Shown here: in pieces, positions 60,109 through 64,000 of the stretch
How positions within the stretch are numbered: the stretch's first letter is position 1
Layout: each line of letters begins with the position of its first letter
The notes under the pieces: model-generated
The model's database searches: none
The model's input: the letters and a program-made list of their open reading frames with translations, nothing else
Told to the model about the DNA's origin: nothing
Program-made: the position numbers and the translations under genes
From: PVC group bacterium
GTDB lineage: Bacteria > Omnitrophota > Gorgyraeia > B26-G9
Assembly: GCA_024231215.1 (NCBI GenBank)
Contig: JAAEQR010000034.1
Location: 12,668 to 76,667, forward strand
Reading direction: 5' to 3'
Length of the DNA stretch: 64,000 bases

Positions 60109-61872
60109 TTGAATATTCTAAAAGGATTTGCTAAAGACATAGTTATTCGCTTTACCGCAGACACCGCCCGATTAACTCAGGGGCTCAATAAAGTGAAACA
60201 AGAGATAAGGGGATTACAGGCCCCCATCCCCCCTACCGGAATTAGACCGCAAGGAATCTCGGTCGTAGGTGGTGTTGTTGGAGGCGCCCTGGGAATGGGG
60301 GGTATTGGTCAAACTGCAATAAAGAAAAGTGCGATTGAAAAAGAAGCTAAAGAGGCCAGTGCTGCATTAAAAAGTACATCCGACCGTTTTGCTACTTTAC
60401 GACAGGGTTTAAATTCTTCTCTCTTACCATTAGGTCAATTCTCCGGGTTATTAAGAGCCCTACCAGGGTGGCTTAAAGTCGCGATTGTGGGGATAGTAGG
60501 CCTTAAAAAGACCTTCCATTACGGCAGTATAATTGAACAATCCAAAATGGTTCTCGAAAGTATATACGGAAATGAAGCCCAGGCAGTGAGGACTATTAAA
60601 GGGATGAGAGATTTTTCCCGGAGAACCCAATTTTTACCGGAAACCATCGTTGGCGGAACTACAATGCTGGCTAAATACGGTGTCAACCCGTTTGAGAAGA
60701 ATACTTACGGATTAAAGGGGGGTAAAACGGCAATGGATTTGATGGCGGGTTTAGCTGCCATGCCGGGAATGGGGGGACAACCGATTGGTTTAGACAGGGC
60801 GGTTAACGCTGCCATTGCTGGTCGAGATATACGACCTCTAAAAGCCCTTGGCCCGGAAGTATTAGCTGCCTACCAAAAAGCGAGAGATGCTGGCATATCA
60901 GGATCTCCCGAATATATAAGGGTTATGTTAACCGAGTTAGCAAAACTACCGAAGATATTAAGACTGGCTAATGCCCAGATGTTTACTATGTCCGGTATGT
61001 GGTCTACCATTACAGGTTTCGCGGAAGAGATCTTTATGGATATAGCTGGCGCAGGACAACGAGAAGGTGTATTAACCTTTTGGTCTCAATTAAAAGAAAT
61101 ATTATTTGAAATAAGAACTGCTGGTGAAAGTTTTATAATAAGTATGCAGCCATTCTTTCAGCAATTTGGAGTTTTTCTTGGTGTAGGTTTTAAAGCAGTC
61201 TTCGAAGTAATAAAGTCTGCTTTTATAATCCTGGCGCCGTTCTTTAGTATATTAAAAGAAGTCTTAAAAATCTTTTTCCAGATAGGAACATTTTTAGGTC
61301 AGACGTTTATAAAAACCTTAAAGTTCTTAATGGAAGTAATAGGGAAAGCTTTTGAAATTTTTGGGGCGAATGGTTTTGTAACAAGAGCTATTGATATGCT
61401 GTACCAATTTTCAATAGGTCTACAAGTAACCTTTAAGTTCTGGGGTCTTTATATAGATTGGCTTTTCTTAAAAATTTCTAATAACTTAGATGGGATTTTT
61501 GCGAAATTCAAGTTGTTTAAGCCTTTGTGGGAAGGGTTCCAAACCATTGGGAGGTTTATGTCCCCGACATTTAATCAAGCGATAATGGAAGGTGCTGACC
61601 CTAAATATAAAGAGGAAAGTGAAAAGGCAAGAGAGCAGAACTGGGAGACTTTAACTGACATTTATAAATGGATTGACGATAAACATAAAGCGCTAGATGA
61701 GATGTCAGGTGGCTTTAATAAATTAAATGTTACCGAAAAGAATATTGAAAAAGTTTCAAAAGGGATAAGAGATGGGATAGGGGATCTTGTTGAGTATTTT
61801 ACTGGCGGAACAGTTGCTCCTATTTCAGCACCAGTAAACCCAAGCAATGCCCCAGGAGGAGAAAAGCAATGA
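60109..61872 (+). CDS. putative tail tape measure protein
   Basis: 587 aa; Gly-rich GGVVGGALGMGGIGQ and long hydrophobic/helical segments. Confidence 0.45.
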   Translation: MNILKGFAKDIVIRFTADTARLTQGLNKVKQEIRGLQAPIPPTGIRPQGISVVGGVVGGALGMGGIGQTAIKKSAIEKEAKEASAALKSTSDRFATLRQGLNSSLLPLGQFSGLLRALPGWLKVAIVGIVGLKKTFHYGSIIEQSKMVLESIYGNEAQAVRTIKGMRDFSRRTQFLPETIVGGTTMLAKYGVNPFEKNTYGLKGGKTAMDLMAGLAAMPGMGGQPIGLDRAVNAAIAGRDIRPLKALGPEVLAAYQKARDAGISGSPEYIRVMLTELAKLPKILRLANAQMFTMSGMWSTITGFAEEIFMDIAGAGQREGVLTFWSQLKEILFEIRTAGESFIISMQPFFQQFGVFLGVGFKAVFEVIKSAFIILAPFFSILKEVLKIFFQIGTFLGQTFIKTLKFLMEVIGKAFEIFGANGFVTRAIDMLYQFSIGLQVTFKFWGLYIDWLFLKISNNLDGIFAKFKLFKPLWEGFQTIGRFMSPTFNQAIMEGADPKYKEESEKAREQNWETLTDIYKWIDDKHKALDEMSGGFNKLNVTEKNIEKVSKGIRDGIGDLVEYFTGGTVAPISAPVNPSNAPGGEKQ

Positions 61873-62504
61873 GTGAAAAAGGAGGACACGCAATAATAAT
61901 AAACACTTCTAACTGGATGCCATTCATCTTCCAGTTTAACCCGGAATCGATTGAAACAAAGAAAAAGATCAGTTACGCAACTGCTCCGAACATTGGTGGC
62001 TCTTCCAAGAAAAAATATTTTTCAGGGTTTGACGCTAAAGAAATAAGTTTTACTATAAAATGTGTAGATAAAGAAAGTGCTACTGGAGTGATGGGGGAGA
62101 TTTCTTACTTTGAACAATTAAGAGAGCCTGATCCGGGTTTACTTGGTATTGCTAATTCATTCTGGGGAAATGAAAATTATCCCCCTCCCCAAGTTCTATT
62201 CCAGTTTGGAGTGAGTTTTATCCCTTTGTTCTGGGATGTAATTAGTGTAAATATAACTGAAGATCATTTCCATTCCGGAATGGTCAGGGGGATGTTAGGA
62301 TTCCCTAAAGTTTGTGAAGTGGAAATATCTCTTTCTTTAGACGAAGATGGCATTTTTAATAAAGCGAACCAAGTGGCGAAGAAAGCTGCTGTAATCGCAG
62401 CCACTGCCAAGTCTACAGTGAGAGAAACTAAAACCCTACTTGGTAGGGGCTCTACACGGAGAGAAATACCTCCGTATAAAATTCCAATTCCTCCAAAATG
62501 GTAA
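61869..62504 (+). CDS. hypothetical tail/baseplate protein
   Basis: 211 aa, coupled. Confidence 0.45.
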   Translation: MSEKGGHAIIINTSNWMPFIFQFNPESIETKKKISYATAPNIGGSSKKKYFSGFDAKEISFTIKCVDKESATGVMGEISYFEQLREPDPGLLGIANSFWGNENYPPPQVLFQFGVSFIPLFWDVISVNITEDHFHSGMVRGMLGFPKVCEVEISLSLDEDGIFNKANQVAKKAAVIAATAKSTVRETKTLLGRGSTRREIPPYKIPIPPKW

Positions 62505-62510
62505 AATATT

Positions 62511-62780
62511 ATGTTAAGATGGGAAACTGTAGAAGAAAAAGAACTGTATGGCTTAACTGTTAGACTGTATAGAGATCCATTTGTGGCAAGAGATACTGTC
62601 CAGGCTGGTTTAAAGAATTTAGAATTAGATCATTATGCTTACAAATTTCTTGGTAGTGAACTCTATACATATAAGATATTAAACACGAACTTTACAAAGT
62701 TTATAGAAGAACGGGGAGATGTAGATCGTTTAGGAGATTTGGGAATCCCGGTTGAGGCCGATTCAAGGACAACATTTTAA
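62511..62780 (+). CDS. hypothetical tail/baseplate protein
   Basis: 89-aa ORF. Confidence 0.45.
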   Translation: MLRWETVEEKELYGLTVRLYRDPFVARDTVQAGLKNLELDHYAYKFLGSELYTYKILNTNFTKFIEERGDVDRLGDLGIPVEADSRTTF

Positions 62781-64000
62781 TGGCAATAATGGAAAAATTG
62801 GGAGGGTTAGTCCGCAACGTAAATGCTCTCGGTTCTCGCAGTGGAATGGTTTCATGGAAAATAAAAATCCATGATGAAGATTTTACTAAAATTCTTGGGC
62901 CGTATGTTAACGGGATAACAGTAAAACGAAGACTCTTCCCTGCAAAAAAGAGTGAATCCAGTTTCCCTTATGAAGCGACAATCGAAATTATCTCTAACAG
63001 TTATGTAGAACATACTTTTACAGAGGGCTGCTCTATAAAAATATACCTCGGGTATAGTTCAATGCTGACTGAAAAGGATTTAGTTTTTAAAGGGGAAATG
63101 ATAACTTACCCAAGCGGTGAAGCCAAAGAGATGTTGCGGTACACTATCAAGGCGTATGGCGCTGGTGATGCGGGGATGTTCCTTACTGAAAAGAATAAAA
63201 CCTTTTTAGGAAAAACAAAGAGTATGATCGTGAAAGAAATAATGGCTAATTATCCTGATTATGAATCTACCGTTGAAATAAAAAAAGATGTTGTTATTTC
63301 CGGGAAGTATTCTCCCGGGCAAGAAGGGGAAACTGACTTTGTACTTTTAGGGAACATGGCAAAGAAGTGGGGATGCGTTTGCTGGTTTGAATTCCCTAAC
63401 AAATTTTATTTTGTAGATGCGGCAAAGGCTCATGACTACAATACCCCGTATAAGTTAGGTTATAGGACAGATCAGGCGGAATGTAATGTAGAAAGTGTGA
63501 ACTGGAAACATAATCCCAGTAGGGCAGCAGAATCATTTAACCCGGGATCAAAAGGTCTCGGAGAAGGCGGAGATTCAACTGATCCAGATTCTTATAAAAT
63601 TGATGCTTATGGACACACTTGGACTTTGAAAGAGATGTTCGCAAAGACATTGGATAAGAATAACCCTAACTTTGGAGAGTTCGCTAGGATATATGGTTCT
63701 GTAGCTTCGAAATTAACTGTTAATTGGCAGGGTTATATAGCATTAAAACTTTTTTACAGAAAAATGTCCGATGATCCAACTGGGGCAAGAGCCTCAGATA
63801 GTGATGATTCAGGATGGGAAATACGGGTTAAGTTAAATGATGGAGATCCTGGCGCAATACCCCCATTTAATGCGGAATTATATTATGAATCCATAAACCC
63901 AAAAGCCAATCATTCGGATCTGCCATACTTTATTCATTTTTACTCAGGAGCAAAGTTGCCGTACATTCAGTTAAAAGTAAACGAAACAGTTCTTACTTAT
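62780..64000 (+). CDS. hypothetical tail/baseplate protein (3' partial; continues past window end)
   Basis: ATG overlaps the upstream TAA (TAATG); open frame runs to the window edge (MAIMEKLGGLVRNVNALGSRSGMVSWKIKIHDEDFTK...). Confidence 0.45.
   Translation, partial: MAIMEKLGGLVRNVNALGSRSGMVSWKIKIHDEDFTKILGPYVNGITVKRRLFPAKKSESSFPYEATIEIISNSYVEHTFTEGCSIKIYLGYSSMLTEKDLVFKGEMITYPSGEAKEMLRYTIKAYGAGDAGMFLTEKNKTFLGKTKSMIVKEIMANYPDYESTVEIKKDVVISGKYSPGQEGETDFVLLGNMAKKWGCVCWFEFPNKFYFVDAAKAHDYNTPYKLGYRTDQAECNVESVNWKHNPSRAAESFNPGSKGLGEGGDSTDPDSYKIDAYGHTWTLKEMFAKTLDKNNPNFGEFARIYGSVASKLTVNWQGYIALKLFYRKMSDDPTGARASDSDDSGWEIRVKLNDGDPGAIPPFNAELYYESINPKANHSDLPYFIHFYSGAKLPYIQLKVNETVLTY

Noticed and set aside
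1-64000. Search for tRNA, rRNA or tmRNA genes
   Set aside because: Visual scanning of all intergenic gaps longer than 60 bp found no tRNA-like GC-rich cloverleaf candidates and no rRNA-like segments. A tRNAscan-SE run would be needed to confirm this.

Overview
The window reads as a contiguous piece of a large, AT-rich (~36% GC) tailed-phage genome with myovirus-like tail genes. Transcription diverges from a 1.57-kb ORF-free, repeat-dense control region at 27653-29220.

Leftward (minus strand):
- 1-20177: recombination and replication module: RecA (5' partial), a gp32-like zinc SSB, a DPPY DNA methyltransferase, a PolIII-alpha (DnaE) carrying a C-terminal family-4 uracil-DNA-glycosylase domain, a DnaB-like helicase, a DnaG-type primase, an SNF2 helicase, two compact C5-cytosine methyltransferase-like genes and a clan GH-A glycosidase.
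- 20270-27652: about 15 small early-type genes. Each sits behind a reiterated cassette in which a sigma70-like promoter (TTGATA-17-TATAAA) is built across two sequence-variable, base-pair-compensated hairpins. This block includes a sigma-factor-like gene, an iteron/palindrome cluster at 23999-24226, and a class-II glutamine amidotransferase (YafJ-like) followed by an Amidoligase_2-like gene.

Rightward (plus strand):
- 29221-33446: small early genes, including a metallophosphoesterase and a YopX-like protein.
- 33514-44245: about 17 translationally coupled genes under one promoter (33459-33485), read as an NDP-deoxysugar tailoring pathway. It contains an acetolactate-synthase/YerE-like TPP enzyme split into three coupled ORFs, a C-methyltransferase, a radical-SAM/SPASM enzyme, an SDR epimerase/reductase, a DegT-family protein with His in place of the PLP lysine (a 3-dehydratase signature), an FkbM methyltransferase and putative glycosyltransferases. 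This is the most novel-looking system in the window.
- 44211-64000: structural module: terminase, portal, scaffold, capsid, sheath, tube, tail-chaperone pair with a candidate -1 frameshift at A_AAT_TTT, tape measure, baseplate-like genes.

A second recurrent promoter family (A6G-N2-[-35]-16-cgTGaTATATA) precedes at least eight genes on both strands. I found no rRNA, tRNA or CRISPR. Strong AGGAGG-type SD sites and TTGACA/TATAAT promoters with extended -10 elements point (inference only) to a low-GC Gram-positive-type host. Every product call is motif-level reading by eye and needs HMM or structure confirmation.
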